Source of the DNA: an uncultured delta proteobacterium
GTDB taxonomy: Bacteria > Myxococcota_A > Polyangia > Fen-1088
Reading direction: 5' to 3'
DNA: 64,000 nucleotides
Assembly: GCA_963767925.1 (NCBI GenBank)
Contig: CAVYGB010000002.1
Coordinates: forward strand, 1,376,001 to 1,440,000
The notes under the pieces are model-generated. The model had not been told where the DNA came from. It worked only from the letters and a program-made list of their open reading frames with translations, and searched no databases. The translations under genes were made by a program, and so were the position numbers. The first letter of the stretch is position 1, and every line of letters begins with the position of its first letter. This document shows, one piece after another, positions 42,880 to 51,490 of the stretch.

Positions 42880-43418
42880 CAGCGCTGCGAGGGGCCCCTT
42901 CACCAGGGCAACTACCGGCGCAAGCCCCGCGGGGCCTGGGCTCGGGCGCGGGGGAGGCGTTCACGCTGCGGTACTCGCTGTGCTGTGGCCGGCGCGGATG
43001 CCGCAAGCGAGCGTTGCCACCGTCGGTCCGCTTCCTGGGCCGGCGTCTCTATCTGGAGGTCGTGGTCGCCCTGGCCGTGGCCTTCGCGCAGGCCGTATCG
43101 TCGCTGGTGCGGGCGGTCAGTGGTGTGCCCCGGCGGACGCTAAAGCGCTGGGGTTCGTGGTGGCGCGAGATCTTTCTGCGCCTGCCGACCTGGGCGACGC
43201 TGCGCGCCCGCTTCGTACCTCCGCCGCCCGACGAGGTGGAGCTGCCCAGATCGCTCTACGAGCGCCTGCGCTCCGATCTCGCGTACCTCAAACGGTCCCG
43301 CGGCCACCCGGCGCAGCCCGAAGTGATGTTGCTGCTGGCGCGCTGTCGGGCGCCCGTCACCACGGGATCCGTGCCGGACGGATCGCGTTTCGTGGGGGCG
43401 CTCGCCGCCGCCCACTGA
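42880..43418 (+). mobile_element. Remnant of a transposon-associated Cys-rich ORF (frameshifted); the following ORF appears truncated
   Basis: C.GPLHQGNYRRKPRG..RYSLCC...CRKRALPPSVRFLGRRLY..RRTLKRW..WW, recalled as the small ORF preceding DDE transposases. Confidence 0.55.
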
Positions 43419-43489
43419 TTCACGCAGAGGATGCCGATTCTCTGCACCCCGCGCATTCCGTAGGGTGCGCGACCATGAGCGACGAGACG

Positions 43490-43991
43490 AGCACTGCTCG
43501 TTTCCTTGGAATCGAAGGCGACGACGTAGCCCGGCCAAGCGTAAGCGGGACGGGACGTGAGGCTCATGAAGTCGACGCCGTTAGCAGAAAGGAACCGCTC
43601 CAGACGGCGCCGCGGTAGGTAGGAATTTCGGCTCTCCTGACATCTTCGTGGGTGCACGTGGGCACCGCAGAGACCCGTCTTCCGACGAGAAACTCGCCGC
43701 CAGAGCTGTGACTGACCCCCAGTTGGCCGTACGCGCCAAGTGGGGGTACCAGCGCCTGTCGGCGGCGTCCAGGCCAAGCGGCCTGCGGCCGTCACTACGC
43801 GAGCCTGGACCCCGCCGCCCGTCGCTGCCGGAGGGCGAAGATGCGGCCAGCGAGTAGCCTGGCCGCCGGCCCAGGCTTCAGCAAGACGCGGATCGGACAC
43901 CCACGAAGATGTCAGGAGACCCGGAATTTCGGACGTATCCCAAGGTCGCCAACCCGCCCAGAACCGCCAAGATGACCAGCGCCCACATCAT
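43490..43991 (-). pseudogene. Cassette ORF interrupted by the MITE
   Basis: Starts just after attC (MMWALVILAVLGGLATLGYVRNS); removing the MITE and one TSD restores in-frame YLPRRRLERFLSANG.. Confidence 0.7.
43630..43922. mobile_element. 293-bp MITE with 25-bp terminal inverted repeats and 8-bp target-site duplication
   Basis: TIR GG(C/G)TCTCCTGACATCTTCGTGGGTG (24/25 match); flanking direct repeat GGAATTTC at 43622-43629 and 43923-43930. Confidence 0.9.
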
Positions 43992-44011
43992 TCTTGATGC
44001 CCTTCAAATCC

Positions 44012-44094
44012 GTCTAACGTCCTGGCGTTCAGCGGCGAGCGGGCGACCGAGCGGAGCGAGGGAGTCGGTCGTCCGCTGCAACGCCTGGTTGGGC
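44012..44094 (-). mobile_element. Integron attC site
   Basis: Minus strand GCCCAAC..GCGTTGCAGCGG..CCGCTGAACGC..GTTAGAC (RYYYAAC...GTTRRRY with paired internal arms). Confidence 0.85.
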
Positions 44095-44274
44095 AGCGCC
44101 GAAGTTGGCCGTCGTCGCAGTGACCCTCCGCGGAGGCTGGGAGACATGTTCCCGCCCAGAGTTCACCTCCATCGCTCGAAGAGCATTGAAGATGGCCTCG
44201 ATATCGTAGTTGTATTCCTTGGCTATTCCGTCGCGAATTGCGCGAACCTCGTTGACGATTGGATCGTCTGTCAT
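44029..44274 (-). CDS. Small partner of the PIN toxin (putative antitoxin)
   Basis: MTDDPIVNEVRAIRD..YNYDI; ATG overlaps the PIN stop; ORF ends inside attC. Confidence 0.7.
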   Translation of the reverse strand: MTDDPIVNEVRAIRDGIAKEYNYDIEAIFNALRAMEVNSGREHVSQPPRRVTATTANFGAAQPGVAADDRLPRSARSPARR

Positions 44275-44750
44275 GGCTCCTCCTGATTGTCGAGCTCCTC
44301 TGGAGTGCAGATAACGGGCGGTTGAAACCCACTGCTGCGACAAACGGCCTCGATTCGAGGTCTCATTACCGCGTTCGCGATGTGGCGGCAGTTCCAGGTC
44401 AGCAAGAAGTCGAGACCGTTGACGGTGGCGATGGCTATGTGAGCGGCATCGATTGCCGCCTTCCTCGGCACAGCTGCTGTCGCGACGAGCTCTGAGGTGA
44501 GGCGCTGGGCTTGTTCAGTCGCGGAGAGGATCTGCAGGTCGGCGGCAGCATCGAGTCGGCGTTTCACTGCTTCCGGATCGCCTCGTTGCAGCTCAGCCAA
44601 AACCGCCTCCGAGAGGAAAAGCTCGAAGTCACCGCGCTTGCTCCACCACTCGATGGTGATTCGCTGATGCGCAGCGACAATCAGATCCCTGCTCGGCAGC
44701 GCCGTGAGGTAGCTCAGAACGGAGGTTTCGACGTAAACGCTCGATTTCAT
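44271..44750 (-). CDS. PIN-domain (VapC-like) toxin
   Basis: VYVETSVLSYL, SEAVLAEL, DAAHIAIA, LLTWNCRHIAN, ICTPEEL. Confidence 0.9.
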   Translation of the reverse strand: MKSSVYVETSVLSYLTALPSRDLIVAAHQRITIEWWSKRGDFELFLSEAVLAELQRGDPEAVKRRLDAAADLQILSATEQAQRLTSELVATAAVPRKAAIDAAHIAIATVNGLDFLLTWNCRHIANAVMRPRIEAVCRSSGFQPPVICTPEELDNQEEP

Positions 44751-44872
44751 TGCGACTGTGGGCTCGTGGGGAACGAAAGAAGCCAGGTGAGTCTATCAGA
44801 CTGGTCAAGTCGGCGACGTCGGGGCGTGTCTGGCACGGTTGGGATTGGCCCCCCCTGCGGACGCCGAAAGCG

Positions 44873-44963
44873 GACCAACGACTACTGTCGTTCAGAAGAG
44901 GGAAAGCGAGGGAGCGCAGCGACCGAAGCGATCGTCCGCCTGCAACCCCGACTTGGGTTGGGC
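44873..44963 (-). mobile_element. Second, degenerate integron attC site
   Basis: Minus strand GCCCAAC..GTTGCAGGCGGACG..CTGAAC..GTTGGTC, starting 5 nt after the DUF4145 stop. Confidence 0.65.
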
Positions 44964-44967
44964 ACCT

Positions 44968-45340
44968 CTATGGAACGCGTTTCTTGGCCCGAAGAATGGC
45001 CTCCACCGAGGGGCGGTCATCATAGAGGTCCTCGATGATACGCTGCGCGTAGTGTCGCGCGGCACCCACGTCATCCGGAGCGACGGGATGCCATTCGTCG
45101 TGGAGGACGTCGTTTCCGAGAACACGAACTTCCTCATGGGCCCTCTTCCTTCGCGAATCCGTGATCACCCCGTCAGCACACGCGGTGTCGATTTTGGCCG
45201 CAAGAGTCCCAGAGCGGTAGCCGTTGGCGTTGAGGGTCTTCTCCAGTGTAGAGCGGATCAGCGCTGACGCTGCTCTCCATGCGCCGAACGCCAGACACCG
45301 CTCCGCCTCCCGAAACTCCTTTTCGATTCCCTCGGGGATC
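44968..45340 (-). pseudogene. DUF4145-like cassette gene, 5' truncated
   Basis: IPEGIEKEFREAERCL..AASALIRSTLE..L..KID..VRVLGNDVLH. Confidence 0.7.
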
Positions 45341-46170
45341 CCGCTGCGCACGTCGGTCAGGAACAGGGCGATGGTCCCGTAGGTGAATGATCGATAGAGC
45401 GCCGCGGGGCGCCCCTTCATCCCCGGCCAGGCCCGCGAGCCCTGGTAGTCGAAGAAGGCGTCCAGGGCGGCACCGGCCACCTTCTGCCAGTCGGGGCTGG
45501 CGTGTTCCTCGCGCGAGCCATAGTTGTCGACGATCTCATGGTCGTCATGGTCAAGTGGCAGGCGCGCTCGGCGCCCAGGCGCAGGAAACCGGGCACGGCC
45601 CAGCAGCGGCGGTACAGCTGGTCGTAGCGCCGGCGGATCTCCTGGGCCGGTAGACCCAGCAGGACTGATTCTTTCCGGTCGAGCCGTGCACCGACAGGCA
45701 GGGGGGCTCGTCGGCGTAGACCTGGTCCCCGGTCAACAGCAGGAAGCGCGCCTCATCCGCCACCAGCGCCCGGTTGCTGGCCGCCAGCATGTCCAGCGCG
45801 TCCCGGGACAGCCCCCCCGCCCGCTCGAAGGGCTGATGGCAGCTGCCAAGGCGAAGCTGAAGCGATCGGGGGTGTCGGCGAAGCCGGCTGGGGCGGTGAC
45901 GAAGCGCCCCTCCCCGCAGACCTGGCCGGGCGCGGTCTGCAGGGGAAAGCAATAACGGGTGACCGGGCGGAGATCCTGGTGCCCCGGGAAGTCGTCCGGA
46001 TAGGTGACGGCGGTGGTGAAGTCCGCGGCCGCGGACAGCGCCGGCTGCCATTCGCCCCGCTGCTCCCCGCCACTGTCCGGCAGCAGCACCAGGGTCAGGC
46101 CCGCCTCCCCTCCCTCAGGAACCCGGGCCCACAGACGCGCCGACCGGTGGTCGACGCTCCCCACCCCCAC
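45341..46170 (-). pseudogene. PhoD-like alkaline phosphatase fragment
   Basis: VGSVDHRSARLWAR, GSCHQP, LLTGDQVYAD, DDHEIVDN, FTYG..FLTDVRS in several frames. Confidence 0.7.
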
Positions 46171-46436
46171 AGCGCCCGATCTGGGCGGGGGTGGTCATGG
46201 GTGGGCCTACATCCCTTTCGAGCTGCGCACGCGCGTGGCCCTGGCCACAGGCTCACCAAGCCCCAAGCAAGGGTGGCCGCAACAGCAGATCTGAAAGCCA
46301 ACCATCCGTTTCCCGTGCCGCCAAACCGTCCCGGCAAACCGTAGTTTGCAAGCAGGCTCAATGAAACGGCCAGGACGAACGTGATTGCCAGGATGGCGAT
46401 GAATTGCATTCTCGTATGGAGGAAGTTTCGCTTCAT
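46095..46436 (-). CDS. Small two-TM protein (paralog of 41779..41991; tail probably extended by rearrangement)
   Basis: High similarity to the 41991 ORF over about 60 aa. Confidence 0.6.
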   Translation of the reverse strand: MKRNFLHTRMQFIAILAITFVLAVSLSLLANYGLPGRFGGTGNGWLAFRSAVAATLAWGLVSLWPGPRACAARKGCRPTHDHPRPDRALWGWGASTTGRRVCGPGFLREGRRA

Positions 46437-46907
46437 CTGGATGCTCGTGCGCGAATTGCAGTTATCTCACAGGGCGAGCTCACCTCGGCGAAGGTGGTGC
46501 TGCGGATGCTGTTCATGGAAGTTCTCCTCGGCGGTTCGGTTGTCGGTGTCGCTTGGTTGCGCGGACCACCGATACAGCAAGGGCGGTGCCGACCGGCGGT
46601 GCGCCGAGGGGCGCGCCCGAGACCGCGAGGATGCAGGGTATTCCGCGAGATCGCCGCGAGAAGACGCGTTGATGGCGACGGCCCGAAGCAGTAGCCAATC
46701 GCTTCGACAGTCGCCGACAGTCGGCCGTGAATTACGGGTCAGGACCGCGTGCAGGGAACGCGCTGGGGGTGAGCGCCACGCCGGGGACGCGGGGGTCATC
46801 TCGGTCGCTGGCGCCAGTCGCTCTTGCTGTCCGAGGACGGCGACGGGGCCGGCGATGGCGCTGGGGCCGGGGGGCCGGCTCAGTCCTCGGGCACCGACAG
46901 CCGGGGA

Positions 46908-47855
46908 TCATGAAAAATAGGCCTGGCACCACCGGCTCACCTCGCGCCAGACGACCTGACGAACCTCTGGCGCCGAAAGCGTCAGGTCATGGACGCCGCC
47001 GGCGATCCTCACCGACGAGACGTGACCGCCGAGGTCGTTGGCGTGGGCCCGGATGTGGCGCACGTCGAGGATGGCGTCGGTGCGCCGCAGGCGCTCGTCC
47101 CAGATCCGGGCCCGGGTGCTGGCGTCCGAGTACATCAGCAGGATCGGACAGGGGATCTCGAGGCCGGCGTGCAGGCGCTGGTGGGCGCGATGGATGGCCC
47201 GCACCCACCCGGCGCGCAAGGGAAAGCCCTCGATCGGCTTCCACTCGAGCTGGTAGTCCCAGGTCCCGCGGCGGCTGCGGTGCAGGCTCTCGCCGTAAAG
47301 GGGTGAGAGCGCGAGCGGGAGCACCCGTCGGGGACTCCACCCGCCGAGGAGGCCGAGCAGCGGGATCGTCACCTTGCGGGTGAACCAGTCGGCGTTGAAG
47401 TCGAAGAAGGGACTGTTGAGAAAGAGCGCGTCGATGGTCCCAGCCTCGCGCCGTTCGTGGGCGTAGAGCGCGGCCACCAGGCCGCCGGTCGAGTGTCCGC
47501 TCAGCAGCACGCGCTGATTGCCGTCGGCGCGCACGAGGTTCAAGGCCTCGTCCAGCTCCTCGAAGTACTCGTGCACGTCGCGGCAGAAGTTCGGCGTCTG
47601 CCCGGGCCGCAGCGAGCGCCCGTATTTCCGCAGATCGAGGGCGTAGAAGTTGATGCCCGCGTCGAGGTAGGCCTGGGCCATCTCGCGCTGAAAGAAGTAG
47701 TCGACGAAGCCGTGCAGGTAGAGCACCGCCCGCCGGGACGGCTGCGGGCAGGCCTTGCCGATCAGGGTCGCGACCACCTCCCCCTCGTCGTCCGCGCTCA
47801 GCGGCAGCGTCTGCTGCCAGAAGCCGTTTCCGAGGACGTCAGGCAGCCGCTCCAA
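46908..47855 (-). CDS. Alpha/beta hydrolase (lysophospholipase-like)
   Basis: YLHGFVDYFFQ, DLRKYGRS, GHSTGG, D..LD, HDL. Confidence 0.9.
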   Translation of the reverse strand: MERLPDVLGNGFWQQTLPLSADDEGEVVATLIGKACPQPSRRAVLYLHGFVDYFFQREMAQAYLDAGINFYALDLRKYGRSLRPGQTPNFCRDVHEYFEELDEALNLVRADGNQRVLLSGHSTGGLVAALYAHERREAGTIDALFLNSPFFDFNADWFTRKVTIPLLGLLGGWSPRRVLPLALSPLYGESLHRSRRGTWDYQLEWKPIEGFPLRAGWVRAIHRAHQRLHAGLEIPCPILLMYSDASTRARIWDERLRRTDAILDVRHIRAHANDLGGHVSSVRIAGGVHDLTLSAPEVRQVVWREVSRWCQAYFS

Positions 47856-47996
47856 TGCAGGCCCCTTGTAACACGCGGGGCCTGCCGCTCGATTTTCCTA
47901 TCGTCCGCCATCTCGGGGACGGGCCAGGACGCCACGCGGGAGGAGACGCGTGCTCCACTCGGCGCGTGGCGTCCGTGGCGCTGGCGATCTTCCGGA

Positions 47997-48401
47997 TCAG
48001 CCGCGGGAATCCTTCGGCCGGTCTGGCGAGGTATCCCTCGGCCGGTCTGGCGAGGTGTCGCGGCTGGCGTCGGAGGGGCCGCCGTCGCGGCGGGTGCCGC
48101 GCATGCAGCGGGCCTCGCGGCACAGGGCGCCCGACTGGCAGGTGCGGCCGCAGGCGCCGCAGTTGCGGGCCTCGCCGCAGCGATTGGCGGCCTTGCCGTC
48201 GCAGGTGGCCATCGCCACCGGGCAGACCGTGAGCTGGTCGAACGGCCCGACGATGGCCGTCGCGGGGTCGCCTTCCGCCTCGGCCGGCTCCTCGATCATC
48301 AGCCCATATTCGGGGTCTTCGATCGTGTTGGGGACACACGCCCCGCTCAGCGCCAGCGCGACAACACCGAGCGCGATCGATATGTAACGATTTGAGATCA
48401 T
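47997..48401 (-). CDS. Small Cys-rich lipoprotein
   Basis: LSGA-C lipobox; NCGACGRTC..C..C motif. Confidence 0.6.
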   Translation of the reverse strand: MISNRYISIALGVVALALSGACVPNTIEDPEYGLMIEEPAEAEGDPATAIVGPFDQLTVCPVAMATCDGKAANRCGEARNCGACGRTCQSGALCREARCMRGTRRDGGPSDASRDTSPDRPRDTSPDRPKDSRG

Positions 48402-48566
48402 ATGGATTTTCTCCAGGTTCCTGTTGCGGCGACACTAGGCGCTGCGACCTGATGAATCAATGTCGCATTGTGCGACGCTCCAGGTGGCGCCCGGATCTCC
48501 GCCGACGCACCCGCTCGCATTCCGGATCTGCGCCTCGAGAGGCGTCCGACGGACCGCGCGGGCTGC

Positions 48567-49217
48567 CTACCGGCTGTCCGCGTTCCAGGCCGTCCAGCGC
48601 GAGCGAAGCTGCGCGAACGCCTCGGGCGGCAGGCCATAGGTCGTGATCAGCACGCTCCGCTTTCCCAGGGGCGCGTCGGGACCCGGCGGCGAGCGGTTCA
48701 AGATGAGCAATCCATCTCCCCAGGCCGGGATCAGCCACGCCTGCTGGTGCTGGTTGTGAAACCAGGGCGACCCCGACAGCGACTCGGGCCCGGGGATGAC
48801 GCCCGTCGGGCTGACCTCCGGGGCGCGCAGGGGCGTCAGGTGTTGCAGGCTGCGGCGGTCCTGCCCGCGATGGCGCTCCAGGGCCAGCCGCAGCTGGTGG
48901 GCGAAGGCGATCCAGCCCTCCTCGATCACATCGTATGCGGGGGGCTGCCCGCTGTCCGGCATGACGATCTGGAAGGTGGCGCCACGCGGGGCGGGATTGA
49001 CCAGCAGGCTGGTATCGGCGCCGATGATCGCCAGCGCCCGCTGCGGCTCCGTCACCTCCGCGCCCCGCACGAAGATGGCGTCGATCTCCTGGTCCAGTCC
49101 GGGGTAGTCCCAGCCGAACCAGCGTCGGACCTCGGCTGGCTCCCGGAGCGCCCGCCACACCACGTCCGGCGGAGCGTCGACCTCGATGTCGACCACGATG
49201 CGTCTCTTGCTGGTCAT
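48567..49217 (-). CDS. SRPBCC (START/AHSA1) domain protein
   Basis: IEVDAPPDVVWRALREP..WFGW, EEGWIAF..QLR. Confidence 0.8.
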   Translation of the reverse strand: MTSKRRIVVDIEVDAPPDVVWRALREPAEVRRWFGWDYPGLDQEIDAIFVRGAEVTEPQRALAIIGADTSLLVNPAPRGATFQIVMPDSGQPPAYDVIEEGWIAFAHQLRLALERHRGQDRRSLQHLTPLRAPEVSPTGVIPGPESLSGSPWFHNQHQQAWLIPAWGDGLLILNRSPPGPDAPLGKRSVLITTYGLPPEAFAQLRSRWTAWNADSR

Positions 49218-50005
49218 GACGAGACCTCCTCGATGGCCGCCCGACTGGGGTAGAGCGCCTCCAGCGCCGGGCGCCAGCGGGTCTCCAGCGACCGGACGGC
49301 CGCCTCGTCCAGGCCGTAAGTCAGGAACGTCAGCCACACGGTCGCTTCGCCGTTGCAGCCGCCGATGTCGACGGTCAAGCGGGCGTCGCCGAGCTGTCGC
49401 ACGGTGAGGGCGAGCGCCCGCGGGGGCGACCACAGCTCGACCTTCCCCTCCAGCGTCTCCCCTGTCGCCGGTTTCGCGCGGTAGGGACCGGGCCCACGTG
49501 CGTCGAGACCCAGCCCGCCAGGGCCGACCAGCCGGGCCCAGACCTCCTCGAGCGCCAGCCCCGGGACTGGCAGCGGCATCATCACCTGCCGGGCCGGGCC
49601 CGTGGGGTGTCGCTCGAGCATGTGCTTGAGGTTCGCGAGGTACACGGCCCAGCCGCGATCGAGGGCATCGATCTCGTCGTCCCACTCTGCCCCCTCGCCG
49701 AAGCCGGACTGGACCAGGCGCAACGTCGTCGTCCCGCCCGCGCCCTCGATGTGCCAGTCGGTGGCGACCTGGGGCGGGTCTCCCCGCGTGCGCAGGTGTT
49801 TGCCTTCCTGCCACACCTCGATGCGCGTCTGCCCGGCCATGCCCGGCCAGCTCAGCCAGATGTGGCCACCTTCTTCGGGCACCACCCGGGCGTCGAGCGC
49901 GAACCAGCGCACGATCTGCTCGGCCTCGGTCAGGGCGCGCCAGACCGCCTCGGGCGTCGCCTGGATGGTGACGGTCTTCTCGAGCTTGCGCTTGCCATCG
50001 CTCAC
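49214..50005 (-). CDS. SRPBCC domain protein
   Basis: IQATPEAVWRALTE..RWF, TTLRLVQSGF, GWAVYLANLK. Confidence 0.88.
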   Translation of the reverse strand: MSDGKRKLEKTVTIQATPEAVWRALTEAEQIVRWFALDARVVPEEGGHIWLSWPGMAGQTRIEVWQEGKHLRTRGDPPQVATDWHIEGAGGTTTLRLVQSGFGEGAEWDDEIDALDRGWAVYLANLKHMLERHPTGPARQVMMPLPVPGLALEEVWARLVGPGGLGLDARGPGPYRAKPATGETLEGKVELWSPPRALALTVRQLGDARLTVDIGGCNGEATVWLTFLTYGLDEAAVRSLETRWRPALEALYPSRAAIEEVSS

Positions 50006-50571
50006 GGTGAAACCTCCTTCGCAGCAGGGGCAGGAGCGGCCCCCGCGGTCGGGTGCAGCCCCAGAAACAGACGGTACCGGCGCCCGCCGGGGTGCCGGTC
50101 GTCGTGGTGTCGCGCGACCAGGTCCGCCACCGACTGTGCCAGCTCGTCGGCGAAAGCCCGCCGGGCCTGCGCGCTGGAAAACCGGATCTCCGACTGCAGC
50201 GTGAAGGTGGGGAGGGACTTGCCCTCCTGCTGCGCACGCTCGCGCAGCGCCGCCAGCTCGCGCACACTGCGCGCCGCCACGGCGATGAGGTAGCCGGAGG
50301 AGAACCGATCCGCCGCCTGGTCCGGGTCGGGCGAAAGCGCGGCCAGCGCCTGGGCCGACACCAGGTAGGCCCGGGAACTGGCCTTGACCAGCCGCTCGAC
50401 AACGTTTCCGGTCCGGCGCTCCTCGACGAGCTCGATCAGTCCCTGCTTGTCCAGGGCCCGCAGGTGGTAGCCGACCTGCTGCCGGGGCACCTGGAGCGCC
50501 CGCGCAATCGAAGCGGCCGTCGTGGGCGTGGCGAGGCGCTCCAGGATTCGCGCCCGCAACGACTGGGACAT
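50002..50571 (-). CDS. ArsR-like winged-HTH transcriptional regulator
   Basis: RARIL..TAASIA..RQQVGYHLRAL..GLIELVEER. Confidence 0.85.
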   Translation of the reverse strand: MSQSLRARILERLATPTTAASIARALQVPRQQVGYHLRALDKQGLIELVEERRTGNVVERLVKASSRAYLVSAQALAALSPDPDQAADRFSSGYLIAVAARSVRELAALRERAQQEGKSLPTFTLQSEIRFSSAQARRAFADELAQSVADLVARHHDDRHPGGRRYRLFLGLHPTAGAAPAPAAKEVSP

Positions 50572-50583
50572 GCCCCGGTTCTG

Positions 50584-50627
50584 GACCGGAACACTTTATA
50601 GGTCAAGGAACAAAAAGTGTTCCGGTC
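50584..50627 (-). promoter_or_regulatory. Operator-like 14-bp perfect inverted repeat around a putative -35 (TTGACC) for the regulator operon
   Basis: GACCGGAACACTTT-N16-AAAGTGTTCCGGTC; minus strand TTGACC-N17-CAGAAC just upstream of ATG 50571. Confidence 0.7.
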
Positions 50628-50754
50628 GGGGGGGCCGCACAGGCTCTCGTTCCGGGGATGCGGCGGATGCGCGCGCGTCCGCAGAAGATTGGTGTCCCAT
50701 CAAACGCACTCGGGCCCAGCCATGCGTCGCAGGCGCGGTGTTAGCCTGGGGCAG

Positions 50755-51408
50755 ATGCAGAAACGGGCAGCCATCGTCATGTCGGCAGCGTTGCTGGTGG
50801 GTGGTTGCAACCAGCCCAGGTTCGACTTCGCGCCGGACGCCGGAGCGGCCGACGATGCTGCAGCGGCGACGCGTCCGGTTCCGGACGGCGCCTCCGGGCC
50901 GGGCAACGAGGTCGCTCCGACGCTCAGCCCGATTCAAGACGGCGCGCCTGCGGAGGTGGCCAGCCCCGCGGCCGCGGACGGACCGTCCATCGTCCCGCCC
51001 CCGCCATCCGCGCCCGCTCGAGACGCTTCCCTGCCGCTCGACATCGCCTTCGACGTGGGTGGTACCGGCGGCGACCCCTGCGCCACCAGCGCACAATGCG
51101 CCTCCGGGATCTGCACCGACGGCGTGTGCTGCCAGACCACCTGCGACGTCTGCGAATCCTGTGCGGGACCGGGAGGCACCTGCGTGGCCATCACCACGGG
51201 TCTGGACGACGATCCGCCCGGCACCTGCGTCTCGCCGCGCGCCTGTCGCGGCTCGCAGCGGTGCGCGGCGCCGGCCGGTGAGCTCCGGTTCGCCGACGAT
51301 CCGCTCGTACCGGCCGGCGAGCGCGCGGCTGCCTGCCGCGTCAGGCACGAAGGCCGCGTCCAGAACGTGGACTTCATCTTCCGGCTGAATCCGCGAAACA
51401 AGCTCTGA
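50755..51408 (+). CDS. Cys-rich lipoprotein (myxobacterial type)
   Basis: LVGG-C lipobox; C.SG.C.DGVCC..C..C..C motif. Confidence 0.7.
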   Translation: MQKRAAIVMSAALLVGGCNQPRFDFAPDAGAADDAAAATRPVPDGASGPGNEVAPTLSPIQDGAPAEVASPAAADGPSIVPPPPSAPARDASLPLDIAFDVGGTGGDPCATSAQCASGICTDGVCCQTTCDVCESCAGPGGTCVAITTGLDDDPPGTCVSPRACRGSQRCAAPAGELRFADDPLVPAGERAAACRVRHEGRVQNVDFIFRLNPRNKL

Positions 51409-51490
51409 TCGAGCTGCGTCCCGAGCGCTGATAAAACCGCGACCGGCGTCCAGCCAACCCTCCGATTTCGAACGGGCCCACGGAGCCGGC

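Noticed and set aside
48012..48060. 24-bp tandem duplication as a regulatory repeat
   Set aside because: It simply encodes a repeated DTSPDRP linker in the lipoprotein
51450..51490. Third attC site
   Set aside because: Has a GCCAAC-like start but no matching GTTRRRY end or paired arms
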